Virus record (IMG/VR): IMGVR_UViG_3300045988_166195
Location: 1-64,000 of that record
Length of the DNA stretch: 64,000 bases
Source: a virus
Reading direction: 5' to 3' (one strand)
Shown: piece by piece, positions 19,517-27,642 of the stretch
Layout of the letters: every line of letters starts with the position of its first letter
Numbering within the stretch: position 1 is the first letter of the stretch
Program-made: the position numbers and the translations under genes
The notes under the pieces: model-generated
What the model saw: only the letters and a program-made list of their open reading frames with translations
Databases searched by the model: none
What the model was told of the DNA's origin: nothing

Positions 19517-20839
19517 ATGACTTCTGCAATCCCTGCCTCTCTGAACACGATGTCGCTTCTTGGCGGTATCGATGTCGGTAACGGCTACGTCAAGGGTTTG
19601 GTGCGTGGTGAGCGTACCGACAAGGCTGGTAAGCCTGTCATCGACACGATCGATCTGCCCAGTGGCGTGGCTCTGATGACCAGGCCGAACTCGTTGCCGA
19701 AGCCTGATGTCGAGGCGACGGAGGTGTGTGCCGATGACTTCTACAACGACCTCGATGTGTCGTTCTCGTCCCCGATGGTGAGCAACACGTATCGCCACCT
19801 GTTCGGCAAGCGATCGCTTACTGCCAATGGCGCGTTCGATGAGTTTAACGTCGTGGGCCGACGCTCGAAGGCTGAGCAGGAGCTGTCCAAGGTGCTGATC
19901 CTTGGGTGCTTTGCCGCGAAGGCGCTACGTGACTACGTGGCTGTTGCGAAGGCTCTGCCCGCATCGGAGCTCATCGTCGACGCGCGTGTGGCTGTCGCTC
20001 TTCCGATCGATGAGTATATGCGTCATCGCACCAGCTACAGTGCTGAGTTCATGGGTGCAACGCACCTGGTGACCGTGCACAATTTCGAGACGCCCGTTGT
20101 GGTGCGCATTACGTTCCGTGATGTGGTGGTGATGGCCGAAGGTGCATCCGCGCAGTGGGCCATCACGGAGAAGGGCGTGCCACTCATGCAGGCGATGCTT
20201 GCTGACGTGCGTTCTCGTGGTCTCGCACTGGAAGGTGTCACGGCGGAAGATGTTCTCGCAGCCCGTAATACGATCGGTATCGACATCGGTGAGGGAACGA
20301 TTAACTTCCCGGTGTTCACCAACGGTAAGTTCAACGCAGACGCCTCTGTGACGTTCGGTGAAGGATACGGCACTGTGCTGACCCGTGCGTTGGAGTCCAT
20401 GGACGCGGAAGGCTTCCACACTGGTTTCACCAGCCGGAAGCAGCTGGCGGATTTCCTCCAGCGTGAGCCCTCGCCGTTGAAGCGCAACTTCTACAACAAG
20501 GTGCGTGCCTACGTCGATCGTGAGATCGAGTTCTTTGCACGAGCTGCATCTGACCAGTTCGGTCGCGTGCTCAGCGTCGTTGGTGCCACAACAGAAGTCG
20601 TGTTCGTGTTCGGCGGTGGCTCTGGCCCCGTCAAGAACGCGCTGTACCCGCTCTTGCTGAGCAAGGTGGCGGAGATGAACACCGAGGACGCAATGCCGGT
20701 TCTCTACCTGGATGCGTCGTACTCGCGGTCTCTGAACCGCGAGGGTCTGTACTCGATCGCTCAGGCGTCTGCTGCCAAGTCCAGCAAGCCTGCGAAGCGC
20801 TCTGCTGGTAAGAACAACAGCAAGAAGAACGGAGAGTGA
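19517..20839 (+). CDS. Actin-like segregation ATPase (ParM/Alp/StbA superfamily)
   Basis: Phosphate-1 'GIDVGNGYVKG', phosphate-2 'GIDIGEGTINF' and adenosine 'VFVFGGGSG' motifs of the actin/Hsp70 fold. Confidence 0.75.
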   Translation: MTSAIPASLNTMSLLGGIDVGNGYVKGLVRGERTDKAGKPVIDTIDLPSGVALMTRPNSLPKPDVEATEVCADDFYNDLDVSFSSPMVSNTYRHLFGKRSLTANGAFDEFNVVGRRSKAEQELSKVLILGCFAAKALRDYVAVAKALPASELIVDARVAVALPIDEYMRHRTSYSAEFMGATHLVTVHNFETPVVVRITFRDVVVMAEGASAQWAITEKGVPLMQAMLADVRSRGLALEGVTAEDVLAARNTIGIDIGEGTINFPVFTNGKFNADASVTFGEGYGTVLTRALESMDAEGFHTGFTSRKQLADFLQREPSPLKRNFYNKVRAYVDREIEFFARAASDQFGRVLSVVGATTEVVFVFGGGSGPVKNALYPLLLSKVAEMNTEDAMPVLYLDASYSRSLNREGLYSIAQASAAKSSKPAKRSAGKNNSKKNGE

Positions 20840-20843
20840 CCGG

Positions 20844-22052
20844 ATGTCTACGTCTACGAGTCCATGGGATGATGCTTTGCGCCGTTACAGCGCGCGCGAG
20901 CACACGCATGATGACATCGTGACTGAGTCTGGTGTGGCGGCAGCTGATGTGACAGCTGCCGCCACCGGCGCTGCTCTGCCTAGTTTCGATGACATTGTGA
21001 ATGGCGATGGGACTAGCCCTGACAAGACTCAGTCTAAGGCCGGGTCTTTGGTCGTTCCGTCGAGTCTCGATGAGGTGCTGCATGATGCTGGGGTTGCCCA
21101 CGGTAAGCAAGGCACGCAGAACCCGAAGAACAAGCGGAGCAAATGGCGCGCTGCTCTGACAGCGATCGTGTGGCTTATCGTCATGAGTCTCATCTGTGGT
21201 GGTCTCTACCTGATCTATCGCGCACATGATGAGGCTCAGGTCGAGGAAGAGCTTCCGGTGCCTGCTCAGACGTATCAGGATGAGGAAGTCTCTACTGTGC
21301 CTGTCGAGGCTACTGATGATGTGCTCACCCACGAGTGGGATGTTGTCAACGCGGATTCGGACCAAGGGTCGAACACGTGGGAGGTGAACACCGAGGATTA
21401 CAGGATTGACACGATGTCGGTTGCTCGTATGGCTCCTGGATCTGTGTTCATCCCGGAGTCCGGCATCTACATGGAGCTTCAGGGGTCTGATTCGTTCGAG
21501 GCGTCGAACTATGGCGATCTTCAGACGATTCATGTGCCGACCAACGTGCACCGAGGTGTGTGGTATTCAGCTGGAGCACCTCTCACTGCATCTGATACTG
21601 GAGTTCTCACCGGCGTTCGTCCGGGGTTTGATACACCACAGTCTTCTGCTCTGCCTTCTTCTACCTCTTCTTCCGATACCGTGCAGTCTGGAACACAAAC
21701 AAGCTCAGCACACGCAGTGAGTATGACGGGTGGTGAGGGAACGACGTTCATCGCATCCCATGTGGCGTGGACAAAGCGTCATCGTGGGGCTCTGTACACC
21801 ATGGCGACGGATGTCTCTCAGAATGAGTTGATCTGGGTGAAAGGCTTTGATGGATCGCTGTCCACGTGGCGCGTGAGCGGCATGTGGGTGGCTGAGCATC
21901 AGGCGTTCCCGGAGGACTATTTCAGCGCCACTGGGCCGCGTCGGTTGGTGCTTACCACGTGTGGTGGCCGTGTGAACAGCTACGGTTACTACCAGCAGAA
22001 CGTGTTTCTGGTGGCAGAACCTGTGGCTCTGGAATCAGCGATGCAGCAGTGA
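20844..22052 (+). CDS. Membrane-anchored sortase-like transpeptidase (likely class E, specific for LAxTG)
   Basis: N-terminal TM helix. His in 'IASHVAW'. 'LVLTTCGG' resembles the sortase TLxTC active-site motif. Neighbouring genes carry LAxTG motifs. Confidence 0.5.
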   Translation: MSTSTSPWDDALRRYSAREHTHDDIVTESGVAAADVTAAATGAALPSFDDIVNGDGTSPDKTQSKAGSLVVPSSLDEVLHDAGVAHGKQGTQNPKNKRSKWRAALTAIVWLIVMSLICGGLYLIYRAHDEAQVEEELPVPAQTYQDEEVSTVPVEATDDVLTHEWDVVNADSDQGSNTWEVNTEDYRIDTMSVARMAPGSVFIPESGIYMELQGSDSFEASNYGDLQTIHVPTNVHRGVWYSAGAPLTASDTGVLTGVRPGFDTPQSSALPSSTSSSDTVQSGTQTSSAHAVSMTGGEGTTFIASHVAWTKRHRGALYTMATDVSQNELIWVKGFDGSLSTWRVSGMWVAEHQAFPEDYFSATGPRRLVLTTCGGRVNSYGYYQQNVFLVAEPVALESAMQQ

Positions 22053-22084
22053 TGCAGTGATCGCTGCGTAAAGCAATGCCCCGT

Positions 22085-22121
22085 AGCAGCGTGATGCTGC
22101 TACGGGGCATTGGTGTTGTTT
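22085..22121. terminator. Hairpin aatgccccgtagcagc/gctgctacggggcatt between convergent sortase and ssb genes
   Basis: 16-bp inverted repeat followed by a T-rich stretch. Confidence 0.55.
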
Positions 22122-22179
22122 GTGTATTCTGTTGTGCGATTCAGTTGTGATTGTTGATCAGAATCTTACCCTGTTCTTT

Positions 22180-22755
22180 TCAGAAGGGCATGTCCTGATC
22201 GAACCCGTCACCGAACGGATCAGACGCATTGAGTGCGTCGTCCGCGAAGACGGGAGCCTGGGAAATAGGAGCGGCCTGAGAAACAGGTGCAGGAGCAGCA
22301 ACCTGCTGGACGGGCGCAGCAACAGGGGCTGCAACAGGCTGAGAAGCCTGAGCAGCGCGGTTCTTCGCATCCTGCTCGGCGGCACGTCGGGCGAGACGTG
22401 CAGTGGTCACCTCGCGCTTTTCATCCATCTGAACGTCATCGACGATGTTCTTTGGGATGTAGTGGGTTTCTCCGGTATCGGGATCCGTGTACACATCGGT
22501 AGTCGGGTGGTGCATGACGGTCACCAGGTCGCCCTGGTGAATCATGTCAAAGACACCGTTTCCACGGTCGTTGGGGATGAAGCGCTCGACAGACACCGCA
22601 TCGGTGCCGCGCTCGCCGTTTCGCTTGGTGAAGTTCTGGTCGGCCAGAATGGTGAAGCGAACCGTACGCGAACCGTCCTTGTTGGTGAAGAAACGCGGAT
22701 CAGAGGCCAGGCGACCCTTGATAACACCGAAGTTCTTGGGGTTAATGTTTGCCAT
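22180..22755 (-). CDS. ssb: Single-stranded DNA-binding protein
   Basis: OB-fold N-terminal region (MANINPKNFGVIKGRLASDP...), Pro/Gln/Ala-rich linker and acidic C-terminal 'DGFDQDMPF' tail. Confidence 0.85.
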   Translation of the reverse strand: MANINPKNFGVIKGRLASDPRFFTNKDGSRTVRFTILADQNFTKRNGERGTDAVSVERFIPNDRGNGVFDMIHQGDLVTVMHHPTTDVYTDPDTGETHYIPKNIVDDVQMDEKREVTTARLARRAAEQDAKNRAAQASQPVAAPVAAPVQQVAAPAPVSQAAPISQAPVFADDALNASDPFGDGFDQDMPF

Positions 22756-22814
22756 TTGTGTATCTCCTTCGTATGGCGAGTGGTGGATCTTATGATCCTC
22801 TATCAATAATTATC

Positions 22815-23132
22815 CTAGTACATCTGCGATGTACGAAAGGGATTCTTAGTCTTCCTTGAAGAAGACTTTTTGTGATCACTGCTGATCTCGATCAGCAGCT
22901 CCATGGTTGGTCGATAGACGCTATCGACAATCACAACGGGTGCGTCATATGCCTGTAGGAGCTTGAAAAGCACGCCGTTTGGGATGATGTCACCACTGTT
23001 GCTATTGACCCACTGACTATGCCCAATAGACATGAACGTGGGGTCGTGATAACCGTTGGTATCAATGACAGTACCGGGTTTGAAGTATTCCAGGTCATAG
23101 GGCTCTGTGATGGTGATGAGTTCACGATTCAT
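22815..23132 (-). CDS. Hypothetical protein (105 aa)
   Basis: ORF track. Its 3' end overlaps the operator palindrome at 22818-22834. Confidence 0.45.
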   Translation of the reverse strand: MNRELITITEPYDLEYFKPGTVIDTNGYHDPTFMSIGHSQWVNSNSGDIIPNGVLFKLLQAYDAPVVIVDSVYRPTMELLIEISSDHKKSSSRKTKNPFRTSQMY

Positions 23133-23147
23133 GGTTCTACTCGTTTC

Positions 23148-23519
23148 TCAGAACTGGGTGAATTTGAATTCACCAGTCAGTTCGTCGGTGATGAACTCGA
23201 CCATCTCTTCCATGTCCTTCTTGACACCGGAGTCGCCAACCCAGTGGTTCGGTTTGCCGTTCTTGTGGACACTGTAAGAGACAGATTCTTCATCGGTCCA
23301 CGTTCCTTCAAGATCCATCATTCCGAAAGGGCAGCTATAAAAGTAAGTGTGGTTGTTAAACCTTACGACGGTGCCAGCATCAAGAAGCTCACCGTAAGGA
23401 CGGTTTGAGAGGGCAGTGGTGTCCTTGTTTTTGACAGGAATTTCAACATCGCGCATCTTCCACGTTAGTGCACAGTACAGTTCGTTCAGTTCATTGAGCG
23501 GGTTTGTGTTTGTAGTCAT
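23148..23519 (-). CDS. Hypothetical protein (123 aa)
   Basis: ORF track. Confidence 0.5.
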   Translation of the reverse strand: MTTNTNPLNELNELYCALTWKMRDVEIPVKNKDTTALSNRPYGELLDAGTVVRFNNHTYFYSCPFGMMDLEGTWTDEESVSYSVHKNGKPNHWVGDSGVKKDMEEMVEFITDELTGEFKFTQF

Positions 23520-23742
23520 TTTTCAAAGCCTCTAATTTTTACTTGTTTTCCTTCATGCTGGAATTCATGATCTCTTCAGCGACGCACGTACTGCAACAAT
23601 TATTGTCGCCCATGCCCTTTTCGAAGGCCGTTTCCAGTGCGTCTGCGAGCCAAGCTTTAGAGACGGTGAATGTTCCATCGTCATTACGCTTGATGCCGTT
23701 AGCCGTTGATCTATCTTTCTATTTTTTGTTTGTAGTGTGTAT

Positions 23743-23789
23743 AAAGAAAGCGCCGGAATCATTACGAATTCGAAACCGGCGCTTTCTTT
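23743..23789. terminator. Hairpin aaagaaagcgccgg/ccggcgctttcttt; bidirectional rho-independent terminator
   Basis: 14-bp perfect inverted repeat with flanking A/T runs. Confidence 0.6.
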
Positions 23790-23791
23790 AG

Positions 23792-24118
23792 TCAGTTGGT
23801 CTCGTACATGATGTCGACTCCGAAAGCGAGCGCGGCCTGGTGCTCCAGGGTGCATCCTCGCGTAGTGTCCCATCCGTCGCACATGTAGATCACGTGTGCC
23901 TGTGAGAGGCGTGCCAGCGCGAGACCCATGTGCCACAGTGCAGGATTGACGATATTGTCGCTGTCGACATCGTACGTGAAGTCCTCCTTGTAGACAGTAT
24001 CAATAGGCTCATAGCCAGCAGCTCGAACAGCGGCCTCGGCCTTCTCTCGCTGCAACTTGACCTTATCGGGATCGACATTCTTCATGGGCTGGGAAATGAC
24101 TGCGTACTTGGTGGACAT
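23792..24118 (-). CDS. DUF4406-like (nucleoside 2-deoxyribosyltransferase-like) small protein (start at MSTKYAVISQP)
   Basis: 'YMCDGWDTTRGCTLEHQAALAFGVDI' resembles the DUF4406 family. AAAGGAGA Shine-Dalgarno. Confidence 0.4.
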   Translation of the reverse strand: MSTKYAVISQPMKNVDPDKVKLQREKAEAAVRAAGYEPIDTVYKEDFTYDVDSDNIVNPALWHMGLALARLSQAHVIYMCDGWDTTRGCTLEHQAALAFGVDIMYETN

Positions 24119-24183
24119 TGTGGTCTCCTTTTTTTGGGGGGTATGCGTTGTTTTTACGCATGTCACGGGTGTGTGATGCGTAG

Positions 24184-24270
24184 TGGGCCAGGTAGGACTC
24201 GAACCTACGGTGTGTCGTTAACTGTGGCCGATTTACAGTCGGCTCCCTTCGCCGCTCGGGGCACTGACCC
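24184..24270 (-). tRNA. tRNA-Tyr (anticodon GUA), class II long variable arm, CCA not encoded
   Basis: Manual fold with acceptor GGGTCAG/CTGGCCC, anticodon loop CTGTAAA and T-loop GGTTCGAGTCC. Confidence 0.8.
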
Positions 24271-24412
24271 TTTTATCCCCCTTTTTTTGGGAGGGGGATA
24301 TAGACTATGGCCACCATATGGGTTTCTCATCAGACGTATGGTGGCCTTTGGCTGAAGTCAATAATCAGCCGCGAGTAGTCACCCGCAATACAAGTGTCTC
24401 GCACTTGTATCG

Positions 24413-24486
24413 TCGGAATGGCGGGATTCGAACCCGCGACCCCCTGCTCCCAAAGCAGGTGCGCTACCAAGCTGCGCCACATTCCG
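24413..24486 (-). tRNA. tRNA-Pro (anticodon UGG)
   Basis: CGGAATGTGGCGCAGCTTGGTAGCGCACCTGCTTTGGGAGCAGG...GGTTCGAATCCCGCCATTCCGA. Anticodon loop TTTGGGA. Confidence 0.85.
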
Positions 24487-24845
24487 TGCTGTTGTATGTT
24501 GTGTTGCAGGTTTGCTCTCCAGGCTCCAGATCACCTCTGTTAGTAGATAGGCCCGAAGAGCAAACCAGATGCGGTAAGTTATTAGAAAGGTGATTTCCAA
24601 CGGTTCCGCTACCGTCCTCAAGATTATCTCCCTGGACGGGGTTATGTGGGGGATGCTGTTCTGCTATCTATCATCGTAGTAGAACTTGACCAACAGAAAT
24701 TCACACACAAACGCCCAATGGCGCAATTGTTGGTCCTCGGAGTGCTACCCCGTACGTGATCCCCGATCACGGTGTCCGGCGCATCCGCTTGATCAGAGCG
24801 GCGAGAAACTATGTCTCAATCATCCAGCATTGCCCGGACACATGG

Positions 24846-24932
24846 TGGTCCCCTCGGTGGGATTCGAACCCACACGCTCTTCTGAGCACTTGATTTTGAA
24901 TCAAGCGTGTCTGCCAGTTTCACCACAAGGGG
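24846..24932 (-). tRNA. tRNA-Leu (anticodon CAA), long variable arm, CCA encoded
   Basis: Anticodon stem-loop CTTGA-TTCAAAA-TCAAG. T-loop GGTTCGAATCC. 3' end ACCA. Confidence 0.8.
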
Positions 24933-24981
24933 TTAGTGGTTGGAAAGTTAAGTACAGTACCAGTGTACATTACCTCCCCCG

Positions 24982-24998
24982 GTACATCTGTGATGTAC
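24982..24998. promoter_or_regulatory. Operator-like palindrome GTACATCTGTGATGTAC
   Basis: Near-identical to the palindrome at 22818-22834 (GTACATCTGCGATGTAC). Confidence 0.45.
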
Positions 24999-25066
24999 AA
25001 GGGGTACACACAAATATACACAGGGGAGGCAACATGAATTGGCTGACTGACTGTCTGGGCTGTCAG

Positions 25067-25330
25067 TTATCGGTGAGCAGGGTAAATGGGGATGTACGTA
25101 GCGATAGCCCGACGCCCCATTTCGATTTGCTCACCTAGATCTTCAGCGAGAGATTCATCATCCCAGTGACCACCGTCAGGGCTGATCCAGAGACGCTGAC
25201 ACTTCATGTACTGACGGTCCTCATGAGTCATCTGTTCAGTTGGGCCGACAGTGATGATCAGCGTTCCTACTGGGAGAGAACTCAGATCGGTTTCACCGTT
25301 TCTATCGAGAAACGCAACAGTAGTAGACAT
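25067..25330 (-). CDS. Hypothetical protein (87 aa)
   Basis: ORF track. Confidence 0.45.
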   Translation of the reverse strand: MSTTVAFLDRNGETDLSSLPVGTLIITVGPTEQMTHEDRQYMKCQRLWISPDGGHWDDESLAEDLGEQIEMGRRAIATYIPIYPAHR

Positions 25331-25342
25331 GTGTCGTTCCTA

Positions 25343-25729
25343 TCAGTTCTCGGAGTTCTCAGCAGCGTTCTCGGCAGTGGGTGCAGCGTGCGCAGCCTCG
25401 TAGGCAGCGATGGTGTCCTGACCCAGCTGGCCTCGCTTGGAGACGGTCACACTGTTCTCCAGAGCCCAGGCACGGATCTGGGCGTTCTTTTGCCGCTTGG
25501 CGCGAGCAGCTTCGCTGGAGCTGCGCGGCTTGCGCTTGTTGGCCGGTCCACGGCGAGCACGACGAGCATGCTCAATGTAAGGCGCGAGTGCTGCATTGAA
25601 TGCAGTCGCGTTGGCCTCAGAAAGATCGATGATGTAGTTCTTACCGCCCACGTTGAACTCAATGGTGGTGGTAGCAGGCGAACCGTCGATGTCATCGACG
25701 AGCTGAACGTCCGTAATTTCCTTGCGCAT
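25343..25729 (-). CDS. lsr2: Lsr2-like nucleoid-associated protein (H-NS analogue of Actinobacteria); start at MRKEITDVQL
   Basis: N-terminal 'TIEFNVGGKNYIIDLSEANATAFNAALAPYIEHAR' and C-terminal 'RAWALENSVTVSKRGQLGQDTIAAYEAAH' match the Lsr2 domain architecture. Confidence 0.7.
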   Translation of the reverse strand: MRKEITDVQLVDDIDGSPATTTIEFNVGGKNYIIDLSEANATAFNAALAPYIEHARRARRGPANKRKPRSSSEAARAKRQKNAQIRAWALENSVTVSKRGQLGQDTIAAYEAAHAAPTAENAAENSEN

Positions 25730-25776
25730 TGTTTTCTCCTGTTTCTCTTTCTGTTGTTCTTGAAAAGAGAGAGGCT

Positions 25777-25808
25777 CCAGAGAGTATTGCATCTCCAGAG
25801 CCTCTCTC
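25777..25808. terminator. Hairpin agagaggctc/gagcctctct downstream of the surface-protein gene
   Basis: 10-bp inverted repeat read directly. Confidence 0.5.
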
Positions 25809-25846
25809 CTTGTTCCTATGTCACAGCTACTGACTCACGTCAGTCG

Positions 25847-27502
25847 TCAGTTGTTGTTCTGACGACGACGCAGCAGAAGCGCAATGCCACCAGCCGTAAC
25901 GAGTGCAGTTGCACCCGCAATCATCAGGCCAGTGTCGCTGGCACCGGTCTGAGCCAGACCCGTGACAGCACCCTTGTGCTCAGTCGTGCTATTACCCGGC
26001 TTGTCCGGGGTAGACGGAGCAGGTGGGGTCTGCTTAGAGGGCTGAGAGGGGGTCTCCTTGGGCTCAGGCTTCTCAGGCGTGGCAGGCGGAGTCACGCTGG
26101 GCTCCGAAGGCTTGGGATCCGGCGTAGGAGCAGGGTCCGTAGGCTCCGAGGGCTTCGAAGGTTCCGGCTTGGGCTTCTCAGGCGTGGACGGCTGAGACGG
26201 CTCAGGCTCAGGAGTGGGCGCAGGCGGCGTCACCGGGGGAACGCTGGGCTCCGGCGTGGGCTTCGGATCAGGGTTAGGAGTCGGCTGCTCCGGGGTCGGC
26301 TTGGGATCCGGCTTCGGGGTGTCCGGGGTCGGATCTGGCGTAGGAGCAGGCTTCTCGGGTTCCGGGGTGACAGGAGGCGTAGACGGCTTGGGGTCCGGCT
26401 TCGGCTCAGGGGTCGGAGCGGGAGTCGGCGTGACCGGCTTCTCGTTCTCGCCCGTCTCAGCACCAGACGAGCCCTTGGCTCGCCAGGTCACCGTGGTGCT
26501 GACTTCCTTGTTGTTGACCGTCGCCTTGTTCGTCATCTCCTTCTCGGAGGTGACAACCTCAACGCGGATGCGAGCCATGTGGTCACCCGACAGCTCGCTG
26601 GGGAGCGTGAAGGTAGCAGACTTGCCGTCTGCGCTCTTCGTGACCTTAGGCTTGGTGACTCCAATGTTGTTCCAGTCGATGGGGTTGGCCCAGTCGCCGT
26701 GATCAACAGGCGTGACGTGGATACCGCCCTGGAACGTGGCATCATCACGGGTTTCCGTGATGGTGATGGTCTGGCCAGGCTGGCCCTGGGCCTGAATCCA
26801 GCAGCCGAACTTGTTGAGGCCCTCGGCAGTACGACCGTCCGCCCAGCAGAACTTGTTGTCGCCAGGGGTGACAGGCTCACCGACGACACCCTTGCCCAAG
26901 CCGACGGTGTACTTCGTACCGTCGACGACGACGTTGGTCGTGGTCTTGCCGATGCTGGACTTGTTCAGCGTGGCTTCGAGCTTGACGAAGCCATTCTTGA
27001 GCGACCCATTACCGCCCAGAGTTGCAGCGATGTCCTCGGTGACGACACAGTTGAATGCGCCGTTCTCGGCGGTACACTTACCGATCTTCTTCTCAGAGCC
27101 ATCCAAGGCGGTGGCCTTGAGATCGACACTGTTGAATCCGTTGGGCACCTGGAGGCCGTCCCCGAGGCCCACCGAGAAGGTGGCGCCCTTCTCGACCTTG
27201 TCACCCGCGTAATCAACGCGGATGTCCAAGGTGGCGTTCACGGAGTACTTGTCTCCGTAACGGCCCTTAACATCAGTCTTGACGATCTTGATGCCGCCCG
27301 TGGCGGTGGACGCACCGGGCTCGGTGCCGACGATGCCGTTGTTACCATCGGCAGATGCCGAGTTGGTGTCAGTGTTGTTGGCTGCGCCGTTGGTGTTCGT
27401 GGTAGCGGCCTGAGCAGCCATAGGGGCTGCAAACAGAAGCGTGGTGGCGACCACAAGGGTCAGCCCGGACTTTCGCTTCTTGAAAATCTTGTTGAGATTC
27501 AT
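25847..27502 (-). CDS. Cell-wall-anchored surface protein with LAQTG sorting signal and long Pro-rich (PTPEPKPDP) stalk
   Basis: N-terminal signal peptide. C-terminal 'LAQTG', hydrophobic segment and 'RRRQNNN' tail. PTPxP repeats. Confidence 0.75.
   Translation of the reverse strand: MNLNKIFKKRKSGLTLVVATTLLFAAPMAAQAATTNTNGAANNTDTNSASADGNNGIVGTEPGASTATGGIKIVKTDVKGRYGDKYSVNATLDIRVDYAGDKVEKGATFSVGLGDGLQVPNGFNSVDLKATALDGSEKKIGKCTAENGAFNCVVTEDIAATLGGNGSLKNGFVKLEATLNKSSIGKTTTNVVVDGTKYTVGLGKGVVGEPVTPGDNKFCWADGRTAEGLNKFGCWIQAQGQPGQTITITETRDDATFQGGIHVTPVDHGDWANPIDWNNIGVTKPKVTKSADGKSATFTLPSELSGDHMARIRVEVVTSEKEMTNKATVNNKEVSTTVTWRAKGSSGAETGENEKPVTPTPAPTPEPKPDPKPSTPPVTPEPEKPAPTPDPTPDTPKPDPKPTPEQPTPNPDPKPTPEPSVPPVTPPAPTPEPEPSQPSTPEKPKPEPSKPSEPTDPAPTPDPKPSEPSVTPPATPEKPEPKETPSQPSKQTPPAPSTPDKPGNSTTEHKGAVTGLAQTGASDTGLMIAGATALVTAGGIALLLRRRQNNN
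25990..26460 (-). repeat. In-frame proline-rich coding repeats (PTPEP/PKPDP units) within the surface-protein gene
   Basis: Repeated ggcttcgg/gggtccgg units, giving PEPKPxP in translation. Confidence 0.55.
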
Positions 27503-27568
27503 TGGGTAACTCTTCCTTTCGTGAAGGGTGTGCTGGGGATGATGGGTTCATCCCCAGAGAAGATCTCT

Positions 27569-27585
27569 GCGCATCTGCGATGTGC
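27569..27585. promoter_or_regulatory. Operator-like palindrome GCGCATCTGCGATGTGC upstream of the surface-protein gene
   Basis: Core CATCTGCGATG shared with the sites at 22818 and 24982. Confidence 0.45.
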
Positions 27586-27642
27586 AGGAGAGCATTCTGA
27601 CTTCAGTTTACTTGATAACTGAGGATATTGGGTGATGTACGG

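Noticed and set aside
23528-23700. Possible small minus-strand gene ending '...CCSTCVAEEIMNSSMKENK'
   Set aside because: The frame is closed by an in-frame stop before any plausible start codon. Only a 24-codon ATG-initiated ORF remains, which is insufficient evidence.
24379-24621. 80-aa ORF containing 'GFESRH'
   Set aside because: It is the translation across tRNA-Pro (the GGTTCGAATCC T-loop region), not a protein gene.
25166-27622. 818-aa plus-strand ORF
   Set aside because: Antisense to the Lsr2 gene and the LAQTG surface-protein gene. Arg/Gly/Leu-rich low-complexity translation.
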